DNA from: Coxiellaceae bacterium
GTDB taxonomy: Bacteria; Pseudomonadota; Gammaproteobacteria; JAJRRL01
Direction of reading: 5' to 3'
NCBI GenBank assembly: GCA_047404195.1
Contig: JBDOIU010000002.1
Span: 3,677-67,676 of the forward strand
DNA length: 64,000 nucleotides
Both the position numbers and the translations under genes were made by a program. Positions 8,982 to 18,786 of this stretch are shown here, in pieces. Under the pieces are notes generated by a model. That model searched no databases, was not told where the DNA came from, and saw only the letters and a program-made list of their open reading frames with translations. Within the stretch, counting starts at the first letter, position 1; each line of letters starts with the position of its first letter.

Positions 8982-10685
8982 ATGACAATTAAAGCCATTA
9001 TCTTTGATTTAGATGACACGCTATACGATTGTAGTAATACATTATCAAAAGCCGCACGAGAGCGTGCAATTGAGGCGCTACTCAACCAGGGGTTATGTGC
9101 AACAAAAGCAGATGTTCATGCTTATATGCAGCAACCCACTGTCGCTTCAGAACGAAAAATCAGTTTTGTAGAACGACTGGTAGAGCAGTTTGGACCAAGG
9201 CAGTCAGCACTCATTGAGGTGGGATTGAAGGCATATCATCATCCGAGCATTGATGTACCCATTGCTTGCTTTGCCGAGACAATGCCGCTACTCAATGAGC
9301 TGCGTGAACAGTATAAATTGATATTGGTGACCACTGGCGTGCGCGCAAGGCAGCAAGAGAAAATCAGGCTCCTTGGGCTAACAGATATGTTTGATTGCGT
9401 GCTTATTGATGACATCAGTGAAAACCTCAGTAAGCGGGAACGTTTTCAAGCAGCGATGGCTAACTTTGCATTACAGGCATCGGAGGTTGTGGCCATTGGC
9501 GATCGCGTATTTTCTGAAATCAAGATTGGTAATCAGTTGGGCATGACAACCATCCAGTTGCGGCAGGGAGCATATCAACAAGTTGCGCCAACAAAAGAGT
9601 GGGAAGCGCCAGATTATGCCATTCGAAATCTCAGCGAGGTCACCGCACTATTGCAGAGGATTAATGCTGATAAACCAACAAAAGTGGTTGTGCTCGGGGG
9701 CGGCACAGGTTTGCCAACTGTGTTGTCAGGGCTGAGTCAGCATAATACATCATTGACAGGCATAGTAGCAATCACAGACGCGGGGCGAAGCTCAGGCAAG
9801 TTACGTCAACAATACGACATGCCGCCACCTGGAGATATTCGTAATTGTTTGGCTGCATTGGCAACTGGTGATAAAGGGCTGATAGATTTGTTGCAGTATC
9901 GATTCGAGAGAGGTGAGTTGCTCGGGCATACCATCGGCAATTTGTTGCTGGTTGCACTGACTGAAATGGTTGGGTCATTTGAGCAAGCTGTCACAGCGTT
10001 GGCACAATTGCTTAAGATTAAGGGCCGTATTTATCCCAGTGGTGTAGGTACGCATCACATCCAAGCACTTTGTGCAGATGGTACACGACTCCATAATGAA
10101 AACGACATCGTAGCCAGTGACAACCCCAATGTGCATTGTCGCTCACGCATTGTGTCTGTATCACTCGATAAGCCAGCACAGGCACCGGCAGCTGCATTAT
10201 CAGCGTTGCGTGCAGCTGATGTCATTGTTCTAGGACCAGGCGGCTTATACACCAGTGTGATTTCAAACTGCCTGGCCGATGGCATGGTTGAAGCGATTCA
10301 ACAGAGCAATGCTACGGTTATTTACGTCTGTAATGTTGTCACACAGGCATGTCAAACGGCCTCTTATTCGGCGTCAGAACATGTGCGGGCACTCAATGCC
10401 GTTCTTGGAGCCGGCGTCATTCAACATGTGATAGTACACAGTGAGCGGCTTAATGCACAAACACTGTCTGATTTAGCACTGATACACAGTGAGCCAGTAC
10501 TGGTTGATGATACAGAGCTAGCACAGCAGGGCCTCACTGTACATCGCTGTGACGTATTGACCGATAATGAGAAGAATAAAGAAGTGCTGTGGCAGAAGCA
10601 ACAGCTGTTGCAGCATGATCCAAATAAATTAGGTAAAGCAATCATGACAATTGTCGCCACGGTACGGCAGTGCGCTACGATTTAG
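8982..10685 (+). CDS. fusion protein: N-terminal HAD-superfamily phosphatase domain + C-terminal YvcK/CofD-like (UPF0052, GlmR-type) domain
   Basis: HAD motifs are FDLDDTLYD (motif I), LVTTG (II) and GDRVFSEI (IV) in aa 1-225. YvcK-type motifs are VVLGGGTGLPTVLSGL and ITDAGRSSGKLR..PPPGDIRNCLAAL from aa ~231. Only 20 nt separate it from the glmS stop, with an AAGGA RBS, so co-transcription is likely. Confidence 0.85.
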   Translation: MTIKAIIFDLDDTLYDCSNTLSKAARERAIEALLNQGLCATKADVHAYMQQPTVASERKISFVERLVEQFGPRQSALIEVGLKAYHHPSIDVPIACFAETMPLLNELREQYKLILVTTGVRARQQEKIRLLGLTDMFDCVLIDDISENLSKRERFQAAMANFALQASEVVAIGDRVFSEIKIGNQLGMTTIQLRQGAYQQVAPTKEWEAPDYAIRNLSEVTALLQRINADKPTKVVVLGGGTGLPTVLSGLSQHNTSLTGIVAITDAGRSSGKLRQQYDMPPPGDIRNCLAALATGDKGLIDLLQYRFERGELLGHTIGNLLLVALTEMVGSFEQAVTALAQLLKIKGRIYPSGVGTHHIQALCADGTRLHNENDIVASDNPNVHCRSRIVSVSLDKPAQAPAAALSALRAADVIVLGPGGLYTSVISNCLADGMVEAIQQSNATVIYVCNVVTQACQTASYSASEHVRALNAVLGAGVIQHVIVHSERLNAQTLSDLALIHSEPVLVDDTELAQQGLTVHRCDVLTDNEKNKEVLWQKQQLLQHDPNKLGKAIMTIVATVRQCATI

Positions 10686-10804
10686 TTGGTATAATGCAGA
10701 ATATGATGTCAAGTCAAATTGGGTCTTGAGATCGTATCATGTCTGGGATAAGATACGCATGCTACGTTATGTAGTACACGGACTTGACTAACACAGGGGG
10801 AGCT

Positions 10805-11197
10805 ATGGACAGTGAAATCACTCAATTATTTAATACAGCAAAGGATATCCTACCGCGCGCATATGCTCCTTATTCTCATTTTCATGTTGCATGCGTGCTT
10901 AAGACACGCTGTGGGAAAGTATTTCATGGTGTGAATGTAGAGAACATTTCATATTCCCTGACTTGCTGTGCAGAAAAGAATGCCATCAGCACAATGGTTG
11001 TTGAGGGTGGAAATGGAATAGAGATGATCATGGTCATGTCTGGCGCTGATAGAGTGTGTCCTCCTTGCGGTGGTTGTCGCCAGATTATCAGAGAGTTTGC
11101 GGACAGTGATACTCGGATTATCTTGGCCACATTGTCGGGTGAGTTTGCTGAATATACAATGAGTGATATGTTACCATTGGCTTTCGATGAAATATAA
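10805..11197 (+). CDS. cdd: cytidine deaminase
   Basis: Zinc-ligand motifs CAEKNAI and PCGGCRQ. Size fits the short tetrameric class. ATG at 10805 is preceded by GGGGGAG. The track start at TTG 10784 is probably too early. Confidence 0.9.
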   Translation: MDSEITQLFNTAKDILPRAYAPYSHFHVACVLKTRCGKVFHGVNVENISYSLTCCAEKNAISTMVVEGGNGIEMIMVMSGADRVCPPCGGCRQIIREFADSDTRIILATLSGEFAEYTMSDMLPLAFDEI

Positions 11198-11355
11198 GGC
11201 TCATTGAGTGAGTGGCAGTATGAGGTCATTCACTTTACTGATACATGTCAGGATTTCAGAGCGAGTGTCATTGTGTTGATAGAGTATTTGGTTTTTTAAA
11301 ATATAAGCGGCAAGGAATGAATAACGCTTGATAGGCTAACTAAGAAAAGACAACG

Positions 11356-14208
11356 ATGAAATATAAACAGTATATAAAAGACCTTCAAAGTCTCAGTGTG
11401 AGCTACCTACTGAATGGTATGGATGAGGCCTTGTTGTCATTTTTTGACTTCAATGGGCTTTATCATGGGGCAAGACCTGCGTATAAGCAAGAATATTTAC
11501 AGGTTGCTCAATGTATCAATTCAATAAAGCAAAGTGTTGCGAGCTTGTTGGTACAGCAGGTAAATCCATTGCTAAAGCAAGTATTGCAGCGGCAGGTTGC
11601 TGCATTGCAAGTGATTGTCAATCGCCATACCCATACAATGGCATCCTGGATGTTGGAAAGAGACTTAGTCAGTGAAATCTGCCGGGCGGCAGTGAAAGAT
11701 CGATTGTTAAAAGATTTCGACATATATGTATTGTGTTCTTATCGGCGCATTTATATTTCGTTGGCATCACAGCGTTATGATGTGCAATACACGTCGGCGA
11801 TGCAGAAAAGTTTTATCACGATGTTTCAGCATGCTTTCAGTAAAGTAAATGCATCAACGCATGATGGTGGTGATTGTCGGCTTCAAAAGGAGAGTATACA
11901 GCAATGTGTTCAAAGTGCATTATCGCCTCCCAACTTTAGTTATGTGGCTGATCTCAAATCGGCTAGTGGATACAGGCGTATTGAAATATTTCAGCCTTCT
12001 AAAGTACCTTGCACCTTGCCCAATCAAAGAGGCCTCAAGGAACAGCTCAAGGTAGGTGCCTGTCATCAGCACGAGTACGTCATCCGTGTTTCAATCAATA
12101 AAGTAGCCACAGCGCAGCATTATGCAGACCTCAATGTTCCTCAGCCCTTTTATTTGTCATGCAAGGCAGCAGAGGCAGACGTGAAAAAATGGGTCAATCT
12201 AGAGTTGAGTTGTATCGTTGATAAAAAGTTGGTTTCAGGAGGTCCGAAGGCTTTAACCAGTAGCATGATGGCTGAAATGATGCCTGCTATTATACAAAGA
12301 ACAGCAATACGCTTACCAGGTTGTGATTTGGCAAAGCAGGTTCCATCTGCTGAGAAGCATATTCAACCTTATGAGAAAGCGATGCAGGAATATGTGGCTG
12401 GTTTTTTGCATGCAGCCAGGCTAAGACCTATTTGCTATAGGCACCAAGAAGAGTGTCGTAAGCTTGTGGCATTTGGGTTTAAAAGCCAGCCCCTAGAGCG
12501 CTTGATCCCCAAGTCAAGTCAAGTTTGGTACGTGCAGACAGTATCACGTGCGCTCATAGCCTTTATGCGAGCACATTGTTTTGATGAGCCGGGTATTGGA
12601 AAAATATTTTCTGAGATGCCCTGGTTAAGAACAGTAAAAAACACATCTGTTGCTGATATTATGCGGTTGCTGCATTGTGTAAAGGTAGAGTCGAATGTTC
12701 AAGGTCTCAATATACCGCATGTGCGCGGTTATCCAAGGTTGGTCTGTCGATTGGTGGCGGAAAAGTTTCTTGAGATAATGCTTCGCATTTTGTCGAAAAG
12801 TGAGTTTAGACAACAAGAGCTTTGTGAGAGTGGTCTGGCATCTAAGTTACTAGTCAATGCTGTTTTTCAAAAAAAAGATGTCGGTATGCTCTTAAAAAAG
12901 TCCATCGCCCAATGCTTTCATCAAATGCGCAGCCGCTGTGGTTCGAAGACTGCGGTGTCAGTGCTGGCCGACTTCAGGTCGTATCTGAAACATAAAGATT
13001 TTTTATTACAATATTCAAAAGATAAACATGCACTGAACGTGGATGACGACTTTACGAGCCGTAAAATATTATTTGATTTCATGCTGGGCGTCGATCAGCT
13101 GTTACAAAATATGCCAACCCCGTCATGGCGCCCAGATAAACAGTATCAATTAATTTGGGGTTTCATTGCTGGGCACGAGGTTGATTTCGATGTTCCCCCT
13201 AGCTATGGTGCTGAACTGTCATTGCTTCGTAAGCTTGGTTTTGATGTGGCGGAGAGTGTGTGGTCTGATGCAGCTTCCTCCAGCAATGCCACAGATGTCA
13301 GTAAGGTTAAAAATACACGGGTAAAAAGAAAGAAGAAAAGAAAGAAGAAAGGTGGGCGAAAAAAAAATGGAAAGAAAAAAAATACCTCAGCAGTCGCATC
13401 TGATGAGTCACGCGCTGCTGGGTGTTCAGTCAACCCTCCTGAAAATAGCATGGCTTTGACGTACGCATATTACATGGACTTCTCAGTTGATTCGCAATCA
13501 AAAATGCAGAGATTTCTGTCTGTTGATGCACAGCTTGATGCATGTTTAGAGCAGCGTTTAATGATGTCATACCTAACAGAACGCCCGCCATCATCTATTG
13601 CTAAGGTCGGGTTCTGGAAGTTACTTTTTGGTGGGCAGAAATTATCCTTCATGACGAGTCTGATGTTGCAAGATCATGTCGGCTCGGGAAGAAGTACTGT
13701 TGAAAATGGGCAGTGTGTACTTGTGCTTAGATTGTTCTTACTGGTGAGGGTTGCAGACTCTATGAAACAGTGTAGGAAGGGGCTTGGTGATCTTAATGCC
13801 TATCCTGTGAACCACTCCAGGGCCATGAAAACTGCACTCAGAAATATATTGAGGCAAGATGGTGATCGATCTATCCCTGAATCCCTCCCGAAAGTTTGCC
13901 ATGAAAGAACACAAAAGTCTATTGTCTATGAGGTACTGAGAAGAACCACTGGTAAGTTGACAGGTTGGTATGATTTCGCAATTAACCATCCTGACTGTCA
14001 GCGCCGCGGTTTCCTGTTAGAAGCTTTGTACCATAGTGTTGAGGTCTTATATGATGTTGATACGCTGAGCCATACTTTGGCTTTGATGTGCAAGCAAGCA
14101 TCGGGAAGAAAGAGTCAGAGCCCAACTGGATCAAGTCAGCTCATGCGTCAGCTCATGCAGAGTAAAGAGAAGCTATACACAGGCATTGATCAACTTTTCA
14201 GTCTTTAA
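11356..14208 (+). CDS. large hypothetical protein (950 aa) with polybasic NLS-like tract; candidate effector
   Basis: Long ORF with no recognisable catalytic motif. It contains KVKNTRVKRKKKRKKKGGRKKNGKKKN, encoded by a purine-rich tract at ~13318-13385. Confidence 0.7.
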   Translation: MKYKQYIKDLQSLSVSYLLNGMDEALLSFFDFNGLYHGARPAYKQEYLQVAQCINSIKQSVASLLVQQVNPLLKQVLQRQVAALQVIVNRHTHTMASWMLERDLVSEICRAAVKDRLLKDFDIYVLCSYRRIYISLASQRYDVQYTSAMQKSFITMFQHAFSKVNASTHDGGDCRLQKESIQQCVQSALSPPNFSYVADLKSASGYRRIEIFQPSKVPCTLPNQRGLKEQLKVGACHQHEYVIRVSINKVATAQHYADLNVPQPFYLSCKAAEADVKKWVNLELSCIVDKKLVSGGPKALTSSMMAEMMPAIIQRTAIRLPGCDLAKQVPSAEKHIQPYEKAMQEYVAGFLHAARLRPICYRHQEECRKLVAFGFKSQPLERLIPKSSQVWYVQTVSRALIAFMRAHCFDEPGIGKIFSEMPWLRTVKNTSVADIMRLLHCVKVESNVQGLNIPHVRGYPRLVCRLVAEKFLEIMLRILSKSEFRQQELCESGLASKLLVNAVFQKKDVGMLLKKSIAQCFHQMRSRCGSKTAVSVLADFRSYLKHKDFLLQYSKDKHALNVDDDFTSRKILFDFMLGVDQLLQNMPTPSWRPDKQYQLIWGFIAGHEVDFDVPPSYGAELSLLRKLGFDVAESVWSDAASSSNATDVSKVKNTRVKRKKKRKKKGGRKKNGKKKNTSAVASDESRAAGCSVNPPENSMALTYAYYMDFSVDSQSKMQRFLSVDAQLDACLEQRLMMSYLTERPPSSIAKVGFWKLLFGGQKLSFMTSLMLQDHVGSGRSTVENGQCVLVLRLFLLVRVADSMKQCRKGLGDLNAYPVNHSRAMKTALRNILRQDGDRSIPESLPKVCHERTQKSIVYEVLRRTTGKLTGWYDFAINHPDCQRRGFLLEALYHSVEVLYDVDTLSHTLALMCKQASGRKSQSPTGSSQLMRQLMQSKEKLYTGIDQLFSL
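13359..13382 (+). repeat. A9 and A8 homopolymers inside the polybasic coding tract
   Basis: A-run at 13359-13367 (9 nt) and A-run at 13375-13382 (8 nt), read directly from the sequence. Confidence 0.9.
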
Positions 14209-14251
14209 TGTTTTCAGTAACACGACTCAGCTGGTTAATTTATCAGACTAG

Positions 14252-14818
14252 TTATCCATCAGTTAAGGTGTCTTCTGTGAAGCGGCATTTGTTTAACACG
14301 CTGGCTGATAAGGCAAAGTAATTTTCAATGGCTGGCTTCATTTTCGGCAATGTTTTTTTCGATGGTATGATGGTGCAAGTGAACAGCATGATGTCATTTT
14401 CCCCATTAGTGCTGTTTTCTATTAGATCAGTTGTTGAATTCTGCGGTATATATCGGCTATGCCCTTCCCATGCGTTGCCCGCATCATCTTTGGGTTGCAG
14501 AATGAGTTGTAGATTTGACAGTGAGCTGTATCGAGCGGCATTCTTCATGCGAATAGCAATGTGACAGCTATCATATAGCTTGATGCTATCAAAGAAAAAT
14601 CCAGGAAATTTACTGCCTTCCCAGGTATACTCTTCACAAATTTGATTTTTATGTGCATCCTCTTTGGCAGAGTTTTCAGCAACTGTGATGAGCTCAGAAA
14701 TGTGATTGATCTGTGCGATGAGCGCAGAAGCTTTATTTGGTGTTAATGCAGTGGCTGTGCCCGTGATGAGGGTGCACAGTAGAAAGCCTGCGCCGAATAA
14801 TAGTCGTTTAGTAGCCAT
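14252..14818 (-). CDS. small secreted/membrane-anchored protein in the MshF position of the MSHA-like operon
   Basis: Overlaps the stop of the upstream GspF-type gene by 11 nt. Hydrophobic N-terminus (LLFGAGFLLCTLITGTATA). The call rests only on position (last gene, after mshG) and size. There is no prepilin G/FTLxE motif. Confidence 0.35.
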   Translation of the reverse strand: MATKRLLFGAGFLLCTLITGTATALTPNKASALIAQINHISELITVAENSAKEDAHKNQICEEYTWEGSKFPGFFFDSIKLYDSCHIAIRMKNAARYSSLSNLQLILQPKDDAGNAWEGHSRYIPQNSTTDLIENSTNGENDIMLFTCTIIPSKKTLPKMKPAIENYFALSASVLNKCRFTEDTLTDG

Positions 14819-16028
14819 AGTGCATCCTCACATAAAGACGAGTGTAGAACATCCAGGCATACAACACCAAGATGATCATTAAGTAGGTGAATCTGATGAG
14901 CTCACGGACAATAATCAAGCGAGTGCGAAGCTTACCATCAAGATATTTTCGCATGACTGCCAATGATGGAATAAGTCGTTTGTTACCCATGGAGCTAATG
15001 AGCAGTGACTTTTCATCATCAGAGAACAAAATGAAATCCTCAAGTGATCGTGTCATGTTTTGCCCTTCACGGATTTGTCTAGAAAAATCTTGTAAGTGCT
15101 TTGCAAATGCAGAATGTCTCATGACAAATGCTGCTTGTGCGAGTGCCGTATGTAAGTTAACGCCAGCAGTGATCTGCAATTCTAGATAGTAAAAAATGGC
15201 GGCAGACAGCTGGGTACGAACACCCTCTCCTATAATAGGTATTTTAAGCATGGCGCGTTGCCAGCGATGGAAAACAGGTCGGTAGAAGCGGATAAAACAA
15301 ATGACGCCAGCGATGCCAGCAAATACAAATAAGTAGCGCCAGTGGGTAAATATCTCCCCTGAGAATAACTGATAGAATGTTTCCCAGAGATGGGGTGGCA
15401 TGCGTTGGTCATATAAAAAAGATTTCCTGGCGTCTTCCATCCAGTTCTGGACATAAAAAATAAAGATAAACAGTGTTGTAACCATGGATAAAATAAACAC
15501 CGATGTCATGCGAATAATGCTAAAAGTCAAATTCTGTTTCTTTTCTGAGACACCTGCAATCGCTAGAAAGGCATTTTTGAGTGTGTGGTTATCAGTACAG
15601 CCAGATAGCAATAGATTTTGCTCTTCACCAAGAAACCCAAATGCACCTTTGATGCTTTGCTGCAGTGAAAAACCAAGCACTAAATTTCCATGCAGGTTGG
15701 TGAGTGTTTTCAGTAGTAGCACATTTTTCTCTACCGTCACCATGGATTCCACTGCTTTCTGCAATGAGCTGCCTGCCTCTATAATGTTTGATAGCTCTCT
15801 GAAGAAGATACCTTTAATATGACCAGATATGCGGTATCTTTTTTTTACTTTCAGGAGGTGTATCAGTATATATGCAATCCATTGATGTATTGGTTTCGCA
15901 CTGGCGAGAGAGCGCTGTCGTACTTGCAATATGAATTTTAACGCCTTTAAGTCTTGGGCATAAAGCAGCCCCCGCTTTAATTTGCCACGACTATCATAGG
16001 ACCTAAAATAATAAAGTTGCTGGATCAT
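14808..16028 (-). CDS. mshG: type IV pilus / MSHA platform protein, GspF/PilC family
   Basis: 406 aa and polytopic. Two GspF-type repeats (FFRELSNIIEAGSSLQKAVE; IFYYLELQITAGVNLHTALAQ). 4-nt overlap with the upstream ATPase gene. Confidence 0.85.
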   Translation of the reverse strand: MIQQLYYFRSYDSRGKLKRGLLYAQDLKALKFILQVRQRSLASAKPIHQWIAYILIHLLKVKKRYRISGHIKGIFFRELSNIIEAGSSLQKAVESMVTVEKNVLLLKTLTNLHGNLVLGFSLQQSIKGAFGFLGEEQNLLLSGCTDNHTLKNAFLAIAGVSEKKQNLTFSIIRMTSVFILSMVTTLFIFIFYVQNWMEDARKSFLYDQRMPPHLWETFYQLFSGEIFTHWRYLFVFAGIAGVICFIRFYRPVFHRWQRAMLKIPIIGEGVRTQLSAAIFYYLELQITAGVNLHTALAQAAFVMRHSAFAKHLQDFSRQIREGQNMTRSLEDFILFSDDEKSLLISSMGNKRLIPSLAVMRKYLDGKLRTRLIIVRELIRFTYLMIILVLYAWMFYTRLYVRMHYGY

Positions 16029-17707
16029 ATGTCACACACCAGTTTGATGAGTTCAGAGGGCGGTGAGTCACCTTTTATAACTGTGCGAGCCGCTTTGTCT
16101 TGTAGACGCTGGCCATGCGACATTTTGAGCGCAGTTTGTGTGAATTCAGCTGTTTGATTGGTCATGATGAGGTGTTGCAGCTCATCATTCAGGGTCAGGT
16201 ACTCGCTGATCAGCGTGAGCCCCTCTATACCGGTGTGATTGCAGTGCGCGCAGCCTTGTGCAGTGTGCAATCGTGTCTTCTCAGGTATGATGCCAGAAAA
16301 CAGAGACTTTTCTTCGGTGGTTTGTTCCCTTGGAGTTCGGCAATGTGTGCAGTTCAATTTAAGCAGCCGAGTCGCAACCACGACTTTCAGTGATGATGAC
16401 AGCAAGAATGGGTTGACACCTAGATCCAGTAGTCGTGTGACGGTTTTTGCTGCTGAAGGCGTATGTAATGTTGAGAAGACCAAAACACCGGTCATTGCGG
16501 CACGCAATGCCATGTTGGCTGATACTTGATCCCGTATCTCACCAATCATCAGCACATCCGGGTTTTGTCGCAGCGAGCTGCGAATCACATCAGCAAAGTC
16601 TAGCCCAATGTCAGCATTCACTTGAACTTGATTGAGGTGCTCAAATGCAATTTCGACAGGGTCTTCAATCGAGATTATTTTTTTGGATTGGCTGTGAATG
16701 GATTTGAGAATGCTGTAAAGTAACGTAGTTTTTCCGGAAGCGGTGGGTCCTGTCACTAACATCATACCGTGTTCATTTGTTAAGAATTGATTGATGATTG
16801 ATTCAGTAGCGCTGTCATGAAGCAGTTTTTCCGGCTCAAGCAGCTTTTCGTTGCTGCGCAGTAAGCGCATGACGATTGAGAAGCCATGCAAGGTATATAG
16901 AACAGATACACGAATATTTACTGTTGTGCCACTATTTTTCACCCTGTGAGTCAGGCTGAGGTCTTGCGGGATATTTCTTTCTGCAATATCACCATCAGCA
17001 ATGACAATAATGCGTTGCAATACCATGGGGGATATGTCTTGTGGCAGCGGCATTTCATTTGACGACTCATGACCGAGCCGATAGTAGTAAATCAGCTTGC
17101 TGTCATTGGATTCGATATGGATATCAGTGGCGCTGCACTGAATGGCGTCATCAATGATCATGTCAACGAGGTTGACAACTGAGGCGCTATTATGGCTTCT
17201 GTTGATTCCTTCGTTGATCGTGAGTGTTTGTTGTGGTTTGATGTAAATTTTAGTTGCTTTCTCAGCCAGGCCGGCTATTTGATGTGTTTTTCGATAATAC
17301 AGATCGATGGCTTTTATGATTTCTGAAGTGTCTGCAAGAAATGCCCGAAATCTGATGGAGAGCGTGCTGTTAAGAAAATTTAGCATATCTGTATCGTATG
17401 GATTTTTACAGGCAATCAACAAATAATCGTTATGCATACACATAGGAATCAGATTATAGCGACGACATGATTTTTCAGTGATATAGCTACAGAGCTCAGA
17501 CTCGATTGAGTCAACATTGAAGTCTTCATTGTTTTCCCAATCCTGTAGGTAATGCGCTATGGTTTCCTTTTCAATGTGGTTTTGATTTTTCTTTGTGGAT
17601 AGGTGCTCAAGAATAGATTGCTTTTCTGACGGTAGATCATCTATCAGTTCATCGCTCAGCGCGTTGATTTGTTGTAGATATTGCTTGAATGATAGCCGTT
17701 TGCTCAT
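16025..17707 (-). CDS. mshE: type IV pilus / MSHA assembly ATPase, GspE family
   Basis: Walker A GPTASGKTT. Walker B-region VLMIGEIRD. His-box region GVLVFSTLHT. Tetracysteine CTHC...CAHC. 560 aa with an N-terminal extension domain. Confidence 0.9.
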   Translation of the reverse strand: MSKRLSFKQYLQQINALSDELIDDLPSEKQSILEHLSTKKNQNHIEKETIAHYLQDWENNEDFNVDSIESELCSYITEKSCRRYNLIPMCMHNDYLLIACKNPYDTDMLNFLNSTLSIRFRAFLADTSEIIKAIDLYYRKTHQIAGLAEKATKIYIKPQQTLTINEGINRSHNSASVVNLVDMIIDDAIQCSATDIHIESNDSKLIYYYRLGHESSNEMPLPQDISPMVLQRIIVIADGDIAERNIPQDLSLTHRVKNSGTTVNIRVSVLYTLHGFSIVMRLLRSNEKLLEPEKLLHDSATESIINQFLTNEHGMMLVTGPTASGKTTLLYSILKSIHSQSKKIISIEDPVEIAFEHLNQVQVNADIGLDFADVIRSSLRQNPDVLMIGEIRDQVSANMALRAAMTGVLVFSTLHTPSAAKTVTRLLDLGVNPFLLSSSLKVVVATRLLKLNCTHCRTPREQTTEEKSLFSGIIPEKTRLHTAQGCAHCNHTGIEGLTLISEYLTLNDELQHLIMTNQTAEFTQTALKMSHGQRLQDKAARTVIKGDSPPSELIKLVCDI

Positions 17708-18783
17708 GCTTTTTCCTGTTGCAGAGAAGCAATCTTTTGCTTGAGAAAATAGCGGTATGGCGCGTGTGGTTTTGAGTGTGAAAATGCTTCCTCAAATGAT
17801 TTAAGTGCCATGCTTTTGTTGCCGCCCGATAGGTAGCCAACACCCAAGCCCATCCACCATGAAGCCTGAGTTGAGTCAATAGAGACCAGCTGTTGATAGA
17901 GGGCAACACTATCTCTGTAATCACTTTCCTGCAGGTAGGCGTATGCTAATAATGCATAGTATTCAGTGTTCTTTTGGATCGGAACGTGTCGTTCTTGCAG
18001 GAAATTGATGCCTTTGAGTATGTTGCCTTCTTTAATATAGAGGCGAGCAGTGATTGTGCGTAGTGGAATACTATTCGGTTTGTATCGACTGAGGTTTTTT
18101 AGCAGGCGTTCAGCGGCCACATATTCGTTGCTTTCAGTCAAGTGATTGATGACGCCTTTGACCATTTTTTCCCAGTCTTGATTTCCTAGCAGTCTGTGGG
18201 TCAGAATTTGTAGTCTGCCATTATCATTTGCATTCACTGCCTCTAGGGCTTGTTGGGTGATGGCTTGTGTGTCTCGCTGTACCAATAGATGATTCTTTTT
18301 TGGTTGAGGTTGTTGGTTGTTAGTGAATGCGGATTGGTCGCTGCTTGAGTTGGTATGGCTCTTGTTGGCTTGATACACCTGGCTAGGTAGGCTGGCGGCG
18401 CTGCTCATTGCTGGCTTTGGCGTGGCTGCTGTTAAAATGAATTTGTTTGGAAAAGGTTCAGCTGTCTTAGGATTTGTTGCTGGGCTGCTTGGCATGGGCT
18501 TTTCTGTTAGGGCCTCAGCTGTTGAAAGGCTCTTTGTAGGCTTGGTTGATATGACCTTTTGTGTTGGTGTTGTGTGTCGAGTCAACTTGATGACAATGGC
18601 TGTTCCAATACTGATGACTGAGATGCATCCAACACCAACAAGCAGATATAGCGTGCGGCGTATCGAGCTTGTTCTGGTTGTCGTGCCTTGGCTCAGCTGT
18701 GCTGCGGCATCTGCGGACATGGTGCCCGATGATTGTTGTTGCTTTTTATCAAGTGCTTTGAGGGTGTCGTTAATAATGCTCAT
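17704..18783 (-). CDS. mshN: TPR-repeat pilus biogenesis protein, MshN-like
   Basis: N-terminal MSIINDTLKALDKK followed by one TM segment (LYLLVGVGCISVISIGTAIVI). Pro/Ser/Thr-rich linker. C-terminal TPR-like repeats (YYALLAYAYLQESDYRDSVALYQQ). Lies between the ExeA-like and GspE-like genes, as in MSHA loci. Confidence 0.65.
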   Translation of the reverse strand: MSIINDTLKALDKKQQQSSGTMSADAAAQLSQGTTTRTSSIRRTLYLLVGVGCISVISIGTAIVIKLTRHTTPTQKVISTKPTKSLSTAEALTEKPMPSSPATNPKTAEPFPNKFILTAATPKPAMSSAASLPSQVYQANKSHTNSSSDQSAFTNNQQPQPKKNHLLVQRDTQAITQQALEAVNANDNGRLQILTHRLLGNQDWEKMVKGVINHLTESNEYVAAERLLKNLSRYKPNSIPLRTITARLYIKEGNILKGINFLQERHVPIQKNTEYYALLAYAYLQESDYRDSVALYQQLVSIDSTQASWWMGLGVGYLSGGNKSMALKSFEEAFSHSKPHAPYRYFLKQKIASLQQEKA

Positions 18784-18786
18784 AAT

